This document shows positions 8,682-17,845 of a DNA stretch of 64,000 bases, piece by piece. Numbering within the stretch: the stretch's first letter is position 1; each line of letters opens with the position of its first letter. A program made the position numbers and the translations under genes. The notes beneath the pieces are model-generated. The model was given only the letters and a program-made list of their open reading frames with translations, was not told the origin of the DNA and made no database searches. This DNA comes from an uncultured virus (IMG/VR IMGVR_UViG_3300015366_000220) (lineage: Duplodnaviria; Heunggongvirae; Uroviricota; Caudoviricetes). The stretch lies in the IMG/VR virus record IMGVR_UViG_3300015366_000220. One strand, 5' to 3'.

Positions 8682-10993
8682 ATACCAACAGACAATTCAT
8701 CTATGAATCTGGATACTAATGCCATATTCACCATCTTCTTTTCCTGATTCTTTTTGAAAGCAGTACATACCGAAGCAATTCTGCAATTGTCTTTCAATTT
8801 CGAATAATGATCCACTTCCTGTTTACTCTGCATGACATGGAAGAATCTATCATATCCACGATATTTCGCTCCGTCAACACTCTTTACCAACACAAAACCA
8901 TCACGGATTTTACTCTTCACATAGTCATTAACATCACCTTTACCAGTACTGATATATGTATCCGGAATGACTCTTGAATATGATGCTTGCGTATGCATCC
9001 TGAATGCAATATGTTTGCATCCAGTAATCTCAGATACAAATTCAGTTAATTGTTTATCTGGTTGAGAGGTGCTAAAAAGCTTCTTTTTCTGATTAGTAAT
9101 TCTATCAATCAAAAAGAACTGATGATGGCAATTTTCATCGTGTTTGAATTGAGCATTGTTACCCTCACCATCCGTTAAATGCACAACATTTATAATATCA
9201 CAATTATTTGTCTTTTTGAATTTATCAATAAGATATCGTGATGCTAGGATGGCTTGTGTTAATGGTGTGTTACCTAAACTAAATCCAGCCGAACCCAATA
9301 TATGATTCTCTATTTGAACTTGGGAGGATTTTTTAGGGTCAGTTGCCACCAATCGCTGTCTAGTCATATCTCTAGCAACAATGGATAGCATACCGAATGC
9401 GTCATCGAATTGTTTTTTACCCATAGATGAACCAATCAAATGAATTAAATCAAAATCACGCCATGACAAGGTACTTCCGTCATATGCCGGAACATGGAAT
9501 GCGTCTCTGTAGTTTCTTTCTGATGCATCAGCATGATACACACCGGAGGTAAACCCATACACATCGAACGGGATATTAACCTTCGAACAGAAAGATGATA
9601 ATACTAACAGTTGATTCACAGTATCAGCAAAGATGTCTAACATAGAGCCAGACATATCCAAAAATACAATCATACCATGGCTCTTACCACTATAAGTAAC
9701 ATCCATCTTCTTGAAGATATCCGATGAATATTTGTATTGGTGTAATTTATTCATATCCAATTCACCAACAGGTGATTGGTGTGTTCTTGCATATTCCTTT
9801 GCTCGCTTCTTCATATTAAATTGTTGTACATATTGTGATACGATCTTATCGTTTTTATTCTTGAAATGGGCAATAGCCTGTTTCACAACCATTGGATATG
9901 TTACATTGCGACGTATAATAGAACTAGATACTACTTTAATAAAATTCTTGGTGAATTTTTCATTGGTTATCACAGCGTTTTTATATACCAGTTCAGGAAA
10001 GTATGCAATACCAACAGGTCTGGTATTGGAGCATAATTCCTTTTCCATTCTACGGAATGATTCATCTGTGATAGATGCGATGTTTCGATAATCATCTGGC
10101 GTGTCAATATTACCAAAGTTATCAGCACCATCATCGTTTTCGTCATCGTTTTCATCATCGGAATCAGTAGATTCGTCATCTGACTTCCCATCACCGGACG
10201 AAGAACCTGATCTATCATGATCACCAGAGTCATCTGATTTGGATGGTTCATCATCAGAATCACTTTCTTCATCTGTGATATCTATTACTCGTGGAGTGTC
10301 ATCTTCGATGAAATTACCGCAGAAATCACCATCAAGAGATATGAAATCACTTAGATACGGCATATTTCTTCTTTTGGATTCCATTGCATACGTGTACAAT
10401 TCAGTCGCAATGTTAACGGCATCTTCCCATGTTCGCATCTCCCGAATAGCAGCCAAAAAACGACGTTCGTTTCGCCTAAAGGGTATTTCGTGCGTAACTT
10501 CGGAAAATGTATGTGACATCTTGAAATAGACATTAATTCTATCAATTAATGGCAAATGTTTATTGATATCACCCACACCAAAGAAACCACGTTCCCATAA
10601 GATATTGTATCCGGCACTGAATTGCCTAGCCATGCCGCTATATTTGTTTTTGATCAATTTTTCAATGCGAACATCTTCTATGATGTTCAGGTATGACTTG
10701 AACACTTTGTTATATTTTTTACCACGAACAACAATACTATTGTTATCCACAATAGATGTTAATGCGGAATGCCAGCCTTCGGGTGGCGTATACAAAGCAT
10801 GACCAACTTCATGTGCCATGAAGAGATCATATAGTTCATTTTCCATATCAGCCCACATTGGGCAAGACAGCACTCTGGTATTAACATCAAATGATGCCGT
10901 ATCCATATTGGAATTGAAATGGACTGAGATATTCTCGGCAGAAAGCAGTTTTGCCAGAGTAGTTTTAGTTTTTACATTGAACTTAGTAGACAT
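8678..10993 (-). CDS. CobT-like metallopeptidase/VWA protein (partner of the CobS-like ATPase)
   Basis: HEVGH zincin motif plus EDVRIE; acidic linker; VWA MIDAS DMSGS...T...TDGEG. Confidence 0.82.
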   Translation of the reverse strand: MSTKFNVKTKTTLAKLLSAENISVHFNSNMDTASFDVNTRVLSCPMWADMENELYDLFMAHEVGHALYTPPEGWHSALTSIVDNNSIVVRGKKYNKVFKSYLNIIEDVRIEKLIKNKYSGMARQFSAGYNILWERGFFGVGDINKHLPLIDRINVYFKMSHTFSEVTHEIPFRRNERRFLAAIREMRTWEDAVNIATELYTYAMESKRRNMPYLSDFISLDGDFCGNFIEDDTPRVIDITDEESDSDDEPSKSDDSGDHDRSGSSSGDGKSDDESTDSDDENDDENDDGADNFGNIDTPDDYRNIASITDESFRRMEKELCSNTRPVGIAYFPELVYKNAVITNEKFTKNFIKVVSSSIIRRNVTYPMVVKQAIAHFKNKNDKIVSQYVQQFNMKKRAKEYARTHQSPVGELDMNKLHQYKYSSDIFKKMDVTYSGKSHGMIVFLDMSGSMLDIFADTVNQLLVLSSFCSKVNIPFDVYGFTSGVYHADASERNYRDAFHVPAYDGSTLSWRDFDLIHLIGSSMGKKQFDDAFGMLSIVARDMTRQRLVATDPKKSSQVQIENHILGSAGFSLGNTPLTQAILASRYLIDKFKKTNNCDIINVVHLTDGEGNNAQFKHDENCHHQFFLIDRITNQKKKLFSTSQPDKQLTEFVSEITGCKHIAFRMHTQASYSRVIPDTYISTGKGDVNDYVKSKIRDGFVLVKSVDGAKYRGYDRFFHVMQSKQEVDHYSKLKDNCRIASVCTAFKKNQEKKMVNMALVSRFIDELSVGM

Positions 10994-11017
10994 AACAATA
11001 CCTCAGTTGATTGTGGT

Positions 11018-11080
11018 ATTCTACAGCCTAAATATCAAGTTGTAAAGCTTTTTATTTTCCCAATATAATCAATAAGTTAC
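11018..11080 (-). promoter_or_regulatory. Sigma70-type promoter with perfect IHF consensus box
   Basis: TTTACA-17-TAGAAT (11046-11018); plus-strand AATCAATAAGTTA at 11067-11079 matches WATCAANNNNTTR. Confidence 0.65.
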
Positions 11081-11640
11081 AATCTACCAGCTCGTTTTAG
11101 CTTCTTTAGATTGGTTTTTACTTTGCGTTTTGCTATATCCAATTTAATTGGGCTGATCTTATCAGTAAAAACAACCCCATCCAAGTGATCAATTTCGTGT
11201 TGTAACACAACAGCAGTAAGTCCGTCAAATTCCTTTATCACTTCCTGACCACCAGCTGCTTGAAATCTTACCCTGATGTGCTCTGGTCTATTGAGAGTTA
11301 AGTATAAACCGGGGAAGGTAAGACATCCTTCTCTAAATTTTGATGTTGTGGTGGATGATTCTATCACATATGGATTGAACAATACCCACAACTCTTCCCC
11401 CATGTTTACTGCGCATGCACGATGCTCCAATCCAACTTGATTGGCGGATAAACCCAAACCACCAAGTTGATCCAGCGTTTTCGTCAATGAATACATTATA
11501 TGATTGATGAAATCTGTTTTCGCTGTAGTGAAATCGATGTCTTTTGTTGGTGTCCTTAATATCGGATCATTTGGTTCAACCAATTTCAGGATTTCATATT
11601 CTATCAAATCGCCATTTTTATACATTACCTGTTTGTTCAT
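11077..11640 (-). CDS. def: Peptide deformylase
   Basis: GLGLSANQVG, EGCLT and QHEIDHLDG motifs. Confidence 0.93.
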   Translation of the reverse strand: MNKQVMYKNGDLIEYEILKLVEPNDPILRTPTKDIDFTTAKTDFINHIMYSLTKTLDQLGGLGLSANQVGLEHRACAVNMGEELWVLFNPYVIESSTTTSKFREGCLTFPGLYLTLNRPEHIRVRFQAAGGQEVIKEFDGLTAVVLQHEIDHLDGVVFTDKISPIKLDIAKRKVKTNLKKLKRAGRL

Positions 11641-11641
11641 A

Positions 11642-13351
11642 TTACTTCATCCTCTGTGAGAAATTCTTCACTTTAGCAAATTTAATCACATCATTAAACT
11701 TATCCACCATCTGATCTTTCTTATGGCTTATTACAAATAAATTGGTATCAGCACCCAATGATGAAAGTATAGATAATAGATCATCTGTTCCTGTTGCATC
11801 CAGACTACCATCAAACACTTCATCGAATATAAGCAGATTGGTATTAGCACTGTTCTTTAGTTTCGCAACACTTCTCCAAGCAAACAATATAGCCAAGTTG
11901 AGTCTAGCTTTCTCGCCCTCAGAGAAATTTTCATAACTGAAATCATCTCTATGCCTAGACTTAATAGATTCCTTGAATTCTTCATCTAATGTGAAATTCA
12001 CAAAGAAATTCATGGAATTTAAATACTTATTAACTAATTTGTTTATTATGGGTATATATTGCTTGATTATTTTAGCTTTAATACCACCATCTTTTAATAG
12101 CTGCGCGATGATATCATAATGTTGTTGATCTGATAAGATTTGTTTTTTCTGTTCTATCAGTGCATTTAATTCATCTTCGAATACGTTTAGTTGTGTCTCT
12201 TCCTGCATATTAGAAGCAAAAACCTCTTCGATATACGCAATAGAACTCACTAACGTTTCTATCTGTTTCTTTATGTGTGATGCTGCCGTATTATTGGCTA
12301 CCATCTTTTCTCTCAATGAGGAAAGGGATATCCCATGCAGTGCAATCTCATGTATTCTTTTATTGAGAGTGTCTATCTCTTTCCGCAAATCACTCAACCC
12401 CGATTCCAGAGTAGCTAATTTCTCCGTACATGCAGTCAATAACTCTTCTTTGTTGTGTATTTCTTGTTTACAGGTAGGACATTCGGGTTTTGTGTTGTAG
12501 TACTCTATATCATCCTTTATTTTTTGTATATTGCTTTCTATCTTGGCTTCATATTTCGACATTGTTACTAACTTATTATTAGTTGGGGCTTCGTCTGAAA
12601 TATGTTGTAGTAGAGCCTCACGCTCAGAAACCATTAATTTAAATTCTTCTTCCAGCACAGAAAGATTTGCTTTATTATCTTCTAATTCCTTCTTTCTCTT
12701 GGTTACGAGATCCAATCCATTCTTATTCATGCTATCCACATGCTTTTTATGCAAATCCATTTTCTCCTGCGCAGCTGATATTTGCACTGCTAAAGTACTC
12801 AGGGAATCTTTTGCTGCGCTTATTTTAGCCTTCACCACATTATTCATTGAACTGAATATTTGAATATCCAATAGGTTTTCAATAACAGTCCTTCTATCGG
12901 CGGCAGATAACTGCATAAATGGTATGAAGTTTGTTGATCCAAGTATAACTATCTGGCTGAATGCATGATAGTTCATCTTCAATACCAACTTCTCGAAGTT
13001 CTCTTGGTAGTCCTTTGATTTGGATTCCTGATTAACAAGCATACCATTACAATATATTTCAAATATATTTGGCTTTATACCACGCACTACCTTATAGGTT
13101 TTATTTGATATAGAAAATTCAATCTCAACCACACAATCTTTACCATTAACCGAATTGACTAATTGCGGCTTGTTGATGTTTCTGAATGGCTTACCGAATA
13201 GAGCAAATGTGATAGCATCCAAGAATGTGGATTTTCCAGCACCATTCTCCCCAACAATTAGTGTTGTTGGATGTTCATTCAATTTTATCTCAGTAAAAAC
13301 ATTACCTGTTGATAGGAAATTTTTATATCGTACAGTCTCAAATATCAGCAT
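11642..13351 (-). CDS. 46: Recombination nuclease ATPase subunit gp46 (Rad50/SbcC-like)
   Basis: GENGAGKST, CPTC zinc hook, FSEGEK signature, IFDEVFD. Confidence 0.96.
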   Translation of the reverse strand: MLIFETVRYKNFLSTGNVFTEIKLNEHPTTLIVGENGAGKSTFLDAITFALFGKPFRNINKPQLVNSVNGKDCVVEIEFSISNKTYKVVRGIKPNIFEIYCNGMLVNQESKSKDYQENFEKLVLKMNYHAFSQIVILGSTNFIPFMQLSAADRRTVIENLLDIQIFSSMNNVVKAKISAAKDSLSTLAVQISAAQEKMDLHKKHVDSMNKNGLDLVTKRKKELEDNKANLSVLEEEFKLMVSEREALLQHISDEAPTNNKLVTMSKYEAKIESNIQKIKDDIEYYNTKPECPTCKQEIHNKEELLTACTEKLATLESGLSDLRKEIDTLNKRIHEIALHGISLSSLREKMVANNTAASHIKKQIETLVSSIAYIEEVFASNMQEETQLNVFEDELNALIEQKKQILSDQQHYDIIAQLLKDGGIKAKIIKQYIPIINKLVNKYLNSMNFFVNFTLDEEFKESIKSRHRDDFSYENFSEGEKARLNLAILFAWRSVAKLKNSANTNLLIFDEVFDGSLDATGTDDLLSILSSLGADTNLFVISHKKDQMVDKFNDVIKFAKVKNFSQRMK

Positions 13352-13369
13352 TATTTAACCACATCATTA

Positions 13370-14434
13370 TCATTCTGCTCCCATTACCATAGCTTCATTG
13401 TAAATGCCACGAATAATACTCTTTATAGTTTCGGTTTTAACTGGAAGAGTCAACCCATCAACGTATTTGGACAATATGGTTAAGGTATCTTCTTCCTGAT
13501 CAATATCATCGGTATTTATACCATTATCTGAGTAGTCTATAAAGTTTTCTACCACAGAAAGCTCCAACGGATTATGTTTAGATAGACAATCGAGGAACGT
13601 ATCAAACTTGAATGGATCGCTTCTGTTATCGACTATTATCTTGATGTGTTTATCTTCAATATTCGAATACTTTGCGTTCATGATATCATTATACGATAGC
13701 TTCGTATCATCATACTTAATTTTATAGAACATCCTATATGGATTTTTTATAAATGTTAGTGAATAGTCATCCGTATCGAATATGTGGAATCCTTTTTCGT
13801 CGTTATAATCTGCCCAAGTATGCTCTGATGGTGTACCAACATAAGTGATGTTGCCCTGTGAACTCTTGTGGTGGAAATGTCCACTCAATACCTTCTTATA
13901 GTTCTTGAGTATGTTATGATCCATTCCGGTATAACAAACATTCCCTCTATCCATTTCAAATCCGGATATCTCAAAATGACCAATACATAACGGAGATGTG
14001 CTCTTTGATATTAAGTCCATTGTCGCTTGCTCATTATCAGCACATATCCAAGGAATAATATCTATTCCATATTTCCATGTTGTTGGTGTGTCGAATATAG
14101 TGATATTGTCGTATTCTTTTAGAAGTAAAGATGGGGAATTTACTTCTAATGTGTTCTTAAAATAAACATCATGATTTCCCAGCAATGTATAGAATTGTAT
14201 ATTCTCTTTTTTCAGGACATCAAAGAAATATTTCCTACACAATGCCAATGAATTGAAATTGATATACTTGCGCCTATCAAACAAATCTCCAGTCTGAAAT
14301 ACTTCTGTTATGTTATGTTTTTTTAGATACGGAAAAAATATATTACTGTAGAATTCTTTGAAGTTGGCATGAAAAGCATAACTATCGGATCTTACAGAAA
14401 AATGAGTATCACCTAATATTGCTATTTTCGTCAT
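13370..14434 (-). CDS. 47: Recombination nuclease subunit gp47 (Mre11/SbcD-like)
   Basis: GDTHF, GDLFDRR, GNHD and SGHFH phosphoesterase motifs; start 14434 or 14446. Confidence 0.95.
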   Translation of the reverse strand: MTKIAILGDTHFSVRSDSYAFHANFKEFYSNIFFPYLKKHNITEVFQTGDLFDRRKYINFNSLALCRKYFFDVLKKENIQFYTLLGNHDVYFKNTLEVNSPSLLLKEYDNITIFDTPTTWKYGIDIIPWICADNEQATMDLISKSTSPLCIGHFEISGFEMDRGNVCYTGMDHNILKNYKKVLSGHFHHKSSQGNITYVGTPSEHTWADYNDEKGFHIFDTDDYSLTFIKNPYRMFYKIKYDDTKLSYNDIMNAKYSNIEDKHIKIIVDNRSDPFKFDTFLDCLSKHNPLELSVVENFIDYSDNGINTDDIDQEEDTLTILSKYVDGLTLPVKTETIKSIIRGIYNEAMVMGAE

Positions 14435-14798
14435 CAGCCACCCCATAGGTCAAATCATCATTAATCTCCACGACATACACACCAGCTGCTTTGCATATAT
14501 CAACCATATTCTTAGTGCCCTTACCACCCTTAAATGCAATGAGAATATCTATACCATGATTTAGCATTTCTCTATTGCGTATATACCCAGCTGCTCTACC
14601 ATATTGAGTCCAATCCGCTGGGAATTTTTCATATCGCACATTATTGGTTTTAGCCCAATCCAATGCCAACGTATCAGCTCCTGTTGCCGCACCTGATATG
14701 AGAATAAAATCTCTATTACGTGCAACAAAATCTAGGACTTCTCCTACCTTTTTCCTATTGAAATAATCCCTTCCACCACATACACATAGTCTTACCAT
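14409..14798 (-). CDS. SLOG-superfamily (YspA/DUF2493-like) nucleotide-binding protein
   Basis: VCGGRDY, ISGAATGAD, ADWTQYGRAAGYIRNREML, GGKGTKNM. Confidence 0.8.
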   Translation of the reverse strand: MVRLCVCGGRDYFNRKKVGEVLDFVARNRDFILISGAATGADTLALDWAKTNNVRYEKFPADWTQYGRAAGYIRNREMLNHGIDILIAFKGGKGTKNMVDICKAAGVYVVEINDDLTYGVADDENSNIR

Positions 14799-15328
14799 TA
14801 GAGATCATCCACCGTTTTATTCACAGAAGTTTTTGTCTTTTTTTCTGCTATTGTCTTTTCGAAATTTTCAACAAAGAGTGCTATATTATCGTATACTTCA
14901 AATTGCTTATATGTACCATCATCACCCATAGCATCAGATGTCTCGTATTCTTCTAATATACCAATGGCAATTGTGGATTTGTATTTCACATATAATTGTT
15001 TCTTTTCTTTCTTTATCCTTCTGAGAAACGCATTATATACTGTTTGGGTGAAATATGCGAATGGATTGGATGATCTGATTGGGTCAAAACTATCGGCATA
15101 CATTACGCAATTTTCGACGGCATCCGCAATCATTTCATCCCTGAATGTATATGATAGGAAATTTGGTTTGTGTGATAACTTTTCTGCAATCATCATGAAG
15201 CACTTACCAACGTATTCCGGTAATTTTGGTTTTGGTAAATTTTCTTCTTCTGCTTTTTTAACTGCCTGTTTGTATGCGATCAGCTCTTTCAGGAAATCTT
15301 TATTATTAATATAAAATGGTTTTGCCAT
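14798..15328 (-). CDS. 55: Late-transcription sigma factor gp55
   Basis: YINNKDFL, LSHKPNF, NPFAYFTQ, AFLRRIKKEKKQ; GAGG RBS before the ATG at 15328. Confidence 0.95.
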   Translation of the reverse strand: MAKPFYINNKDFLKELIAYKQAVKKAEEENLPKPKLPEYVGKCFMMIAEKLSHKPNFLSYTFRDEMIADAVENCVMYADSFDPIRSSNPFAYFTQTVYNAFLRRIKKEKKQLYVKYKSTIAIGILEEYETSDAMGDDGTYKQFEVYDNIALFVENFEKTIAEKKTKTSVNKTVDDL

Positions 15329-15336
15329 ATCAATCC

Positions 15337-15768
15337 TCAATGTATTGGTTTATTTTTTCTATCATTCATGATATCTGGAAATGAGATGATGTTTTCATCT
15401 TTATTATCATTAGCTCTTTTTGGTTTATTTTCTGTATCGTCTTCAAATTCATCGTGAAACTGTTCGTAGAAAAAGAATTCTTTGGCTTGAATATAATGGT
15501 CTAGGAAATCTTCCCTGACTGGCAGATGGAAAACAACTTCTTTTAGGGGGAAGGTTATTTTTGTCTCTGTTACAATTTGTTGTGGTAGCACTTCCCTCAT
15601 ATATAATGCTTGTTTGCCTTGATCGTATAATGTCTCCAATTCAACTATCAGTGGAAATTCTATCGTCAGGATATCTTCGGTGATAGTCACATATCCCGCC
15701 ATATCTTCGAATTTATTAGTCAGTCTAATGAACTCTACTACCGAATCATCTTTTTTTGTGTCTGACAT
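15337..15768 (-). CDS. Hypothetical protein between uvsW and gp55
   Basis: ORF with overlapping start/stop junctions on both sides. Confidence 0.7.
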   Translation of the reverse strand: MSDTKKDDSVVEFIRLTNKFEDMAGYVTITEDILTIEFPLIVELETLYDQGKQALYMREVLPQQIVTETKITFPLKEVVFHLPVREDFLDHYIQAKEFFFYEQFHDEFEDDTENKPKRANDNKDENIISFPDIMNDRKNKPIH

Positions 15769-17234
15769 TATTCTATCCTTATAGTTGTAGTTGTGATTGG
15801 ATGTTTCTCTTCGCTATAAATTTTAAGTCTTTCCACATAATGCTTTAGTGCAAAATTAAGCTTATCCCCAGAACGCAAATCATCTACAATATCATATAAT
15901 GTGGCAGTATCCTTCCCATCAGCTGTCCTTAAAATTCTACCAATTGATTGTAATGTTCTGATCTTACTTTTTGTGGGAGAAGAAAAAATTAGATTGTGGA
16001 GATTTTTAATGTTCACTCCGGTAGAGAATGTACCAAATGATGCTATGATCAGTGCATCATTCTCCTTCTCAACTATGTTTCTTATCTCTTCCCTATCTTT
16101 CGCATCAACCCCACTATAAACAAAAAACACTTTCCTACCATTAGCCTTACTTTCAATAATTTCTTTAAGGATTATACCATGTTTTTCCACAAAAGTAAAT
16201 AAAATCAGAGTGTTGCCTTTTATATTTAGTGACAGATTTGCTATGAAATTGTTCCTTGCTTTGTTGCTTATAATAAAGTCTATCTCTTCAAAATAATCAC
16301 TCCCCTGTATCGCATTACATGTTTCTTCTGAATACTTCAATATTATAAATTTGATTTTCAACTCAGCAAGATGTTCTTCATCAATCAACTCTTTTGTCGA
16401 TTTCAATCTTTGCACAACACCAAATAAACCTTCTATGATTAGTTTATGAACTTGGCTGTTATCTAATGATCCGGTTAACCCAATTCGAACATCACAATTG
16501 ACTAATTTGGTCATAATATCAACCAAGGAACTGCTCTGGAAATGGTGTGCTTCGTCACCAATGATAAAATCGAATTGAGAAAAATATTGCTTATCCATCT
16601 CATATATGGATTGCCATGTACTGCAAACGAGATCTTTATCGGGCACTTTCGAATATCCTGAGTAAATTTTTTGACAGTGCTTATCTACATCCCATCCATT
16701 CTCAGATGAATAATCTTTGAAGTCGCTATACATCTGTTCAACAAGATTCACAGTTGGTACTATCAACAATCCACGAGACTTGGTTTGCAACAAATGTCGT
16801 AGCATGATGTATATTATCAGAGATTTACCGGATCCAGTTGGTGACTGTATCACACAACGTTTATGAGATAGGGCATAGGATGATCCATATACCTGATAAT
16901 CTCTGGTTTCTATTTTATCCGGCAATAGAAGAGATTTTATGATATTTCTTGTGTCTATTGGGTATATTTTTTCATCATCCAAATATACACAAGAGTAATT
17001 TCGCATTTTGCAAAATGCTTTTATGTGCTTGACCAATCCAACATATATTCTTTTGGTCTTTAGGTTATACAGCCTGATCCTTCCATCCCAAAACTTACTT
17101 ACGTGTCTTTTTTTATATTGGCTATCGGGAGCATCAAAAGAAAAGAACTCAGATAATTCTTTATCTATATGTTCGTCGCATTTCACCTTTACATATACAT
17201 TATTAAGCTTTTTTATTACAACATCAACCATCAA
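15768..17234 (-). CDS. uvsW: UvsW SF2 helicase
   Basis: SPTGSGKS, GDEAH, GLTGS, FSTGVNI, LQSIGRILR. Confidence 0.95.
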   Translation of the reverse strand: MMVDVVIKKLNNVYVKVKCDEHIDKELSEFFSFDAPDSQYKKRHVSKFWDGRIRLYNLKTKRIYVGLVKHIKAFCKMRNYSCVYLDDEKIYPIDTRNIIKSLLLPDKIETRDYQVYGSSYALSHKRCVIQSPTGSGKSLIIYIMLRHLLQTKSRGLLIVPTVNLVEQMYSDFKDYSSENGWDVDKHCQKIYSGYSKVPDKDLVCSTWQSIYEMDKQYFSQFDFIIGDEAHHFQSSSLVDIMTKLVNCDVRIGLTGSLDNSQVHKLIIEGLFGVVQRLKSTKELIDEEHLAELKIKFIILKYSEETCNAIQGSDYFEEIDFIISNKARNNFIANLSLNIKGNTLILFTFVEKHGIILKEIIESKANGRKVFFVYSGVDAKDREEIRNIVEKENDALIIASFGTFSTGVNIKNLHNLIFSSPTKSKIRTLQSIGRILRTADGKDTATLYDIVDDLRSGDKLNFALKHYVERLKIYSEEKHPITTTTIRIE

Positions 17235-17252
17235 CTTTACCAGAAATAGGAA

Positions 17253-17702
17253 TCATCTTGCCCCCTGAATGAATCTTTCATGAGTCATATGTTCACGTAA
17301 TTGCCATGTGCGATTATTCAATTCCTTGAGAACATTCGTGCAGAAATTTGCAGCTTCCTCATGATATTGTCTTTTTGTGTTTATATTATTTAGGTCAGCA
17401 TCACCATCAATATACACACTAATATCAGACTTCAATACAAATTGAAATGGCTCCCATCCCAGTTCCGTCAGCTCATTAGCATCCAATTTACCAGTATAAT
17501 ACATCCACTTAGTTTTCTTCATACGTAAGAATTCTGCATGATAATGCTTTGATGCTAGATTATGTAATGATAGATATCTATTGTATTTTGCATGTATGAT
17601 TGGTATATTGAGAATCTCCTTCTCTGGTTCTGTTGGATTTATAACAGAATCCTTATCCCATTCATCAATCATCTCTTCAATCTTGGGTGTTTTTATTTTC
17701 AT
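17253..17702 (-). CDS. uvsY: UvsY recombination mediator
   Basis: WDKDSVI...IPIIHAKY...YYTGK...RTWQL...RFIQG; start MKIKTPK at 17702. Confidence 0.9.
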   Translation of the reverse strand: MKIKTPKIEEMIDEWDKDSVINPTEPEKEILNIPIIHAKYNRYLSLHNLASKHYHAEFLRMKKTKWMYYTGKLDANELTELGWEPFQFVLKSDISVYIDGDADLNNINTKRQYHEEAANFCTNVLKELNNRTWQLREHMTHERFIQGAR

Positions 17703-17734
17703 TTCAAATAACCATAAGTACCATATTATATGCA

Positions 17735-17763
17735 AATATAACACTATTATGGTGTATAGTCAA
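17735..17763 (-). promoter_or_regulatory. Sigma70-type promoter for uvsY-uvsW
   Basis: TTGACT-17-TATATT; back-to-back with the plus-strand promoter at 17774. Confidence 0.55.
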
Positions 17764-17773
17764 TTCACTGGAT

Positions 17774-17845
17774 TTGACATGACATCAAACCATCTGTATA
17801 ATAGACTATGTTGCCGTTAATGAATAATATTAATTAATATATTAA
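17774..17845 (+). promoter_or_regulatory. Perfect-consensus antisense sigma70 promoter plus 56-bp repeat, copy 1
   Basis: TTGACA(17774)-17-TATAAT(17797); 17790-17845 is identical to 55794-55849. Confidence 0.8.

Noticed and set aside
8185..10545. Same-strand alternate-frame ORFs 8185-8430, 9970-10272 and 10351-10545 as overprinted genes
   Set aside because: Short and motif-less; 9970-10272 is a by-product of Asp-rich GAT repeats. None shows the promoter, RBS and domain evidence seen for 37937-38773
7433..10993. Cobalamin biosynthesis (cobaltochelatase) function
   Set aside because: No CobN or other cob genes; the pair is better described as a generic MoxR AAA+/VWA module
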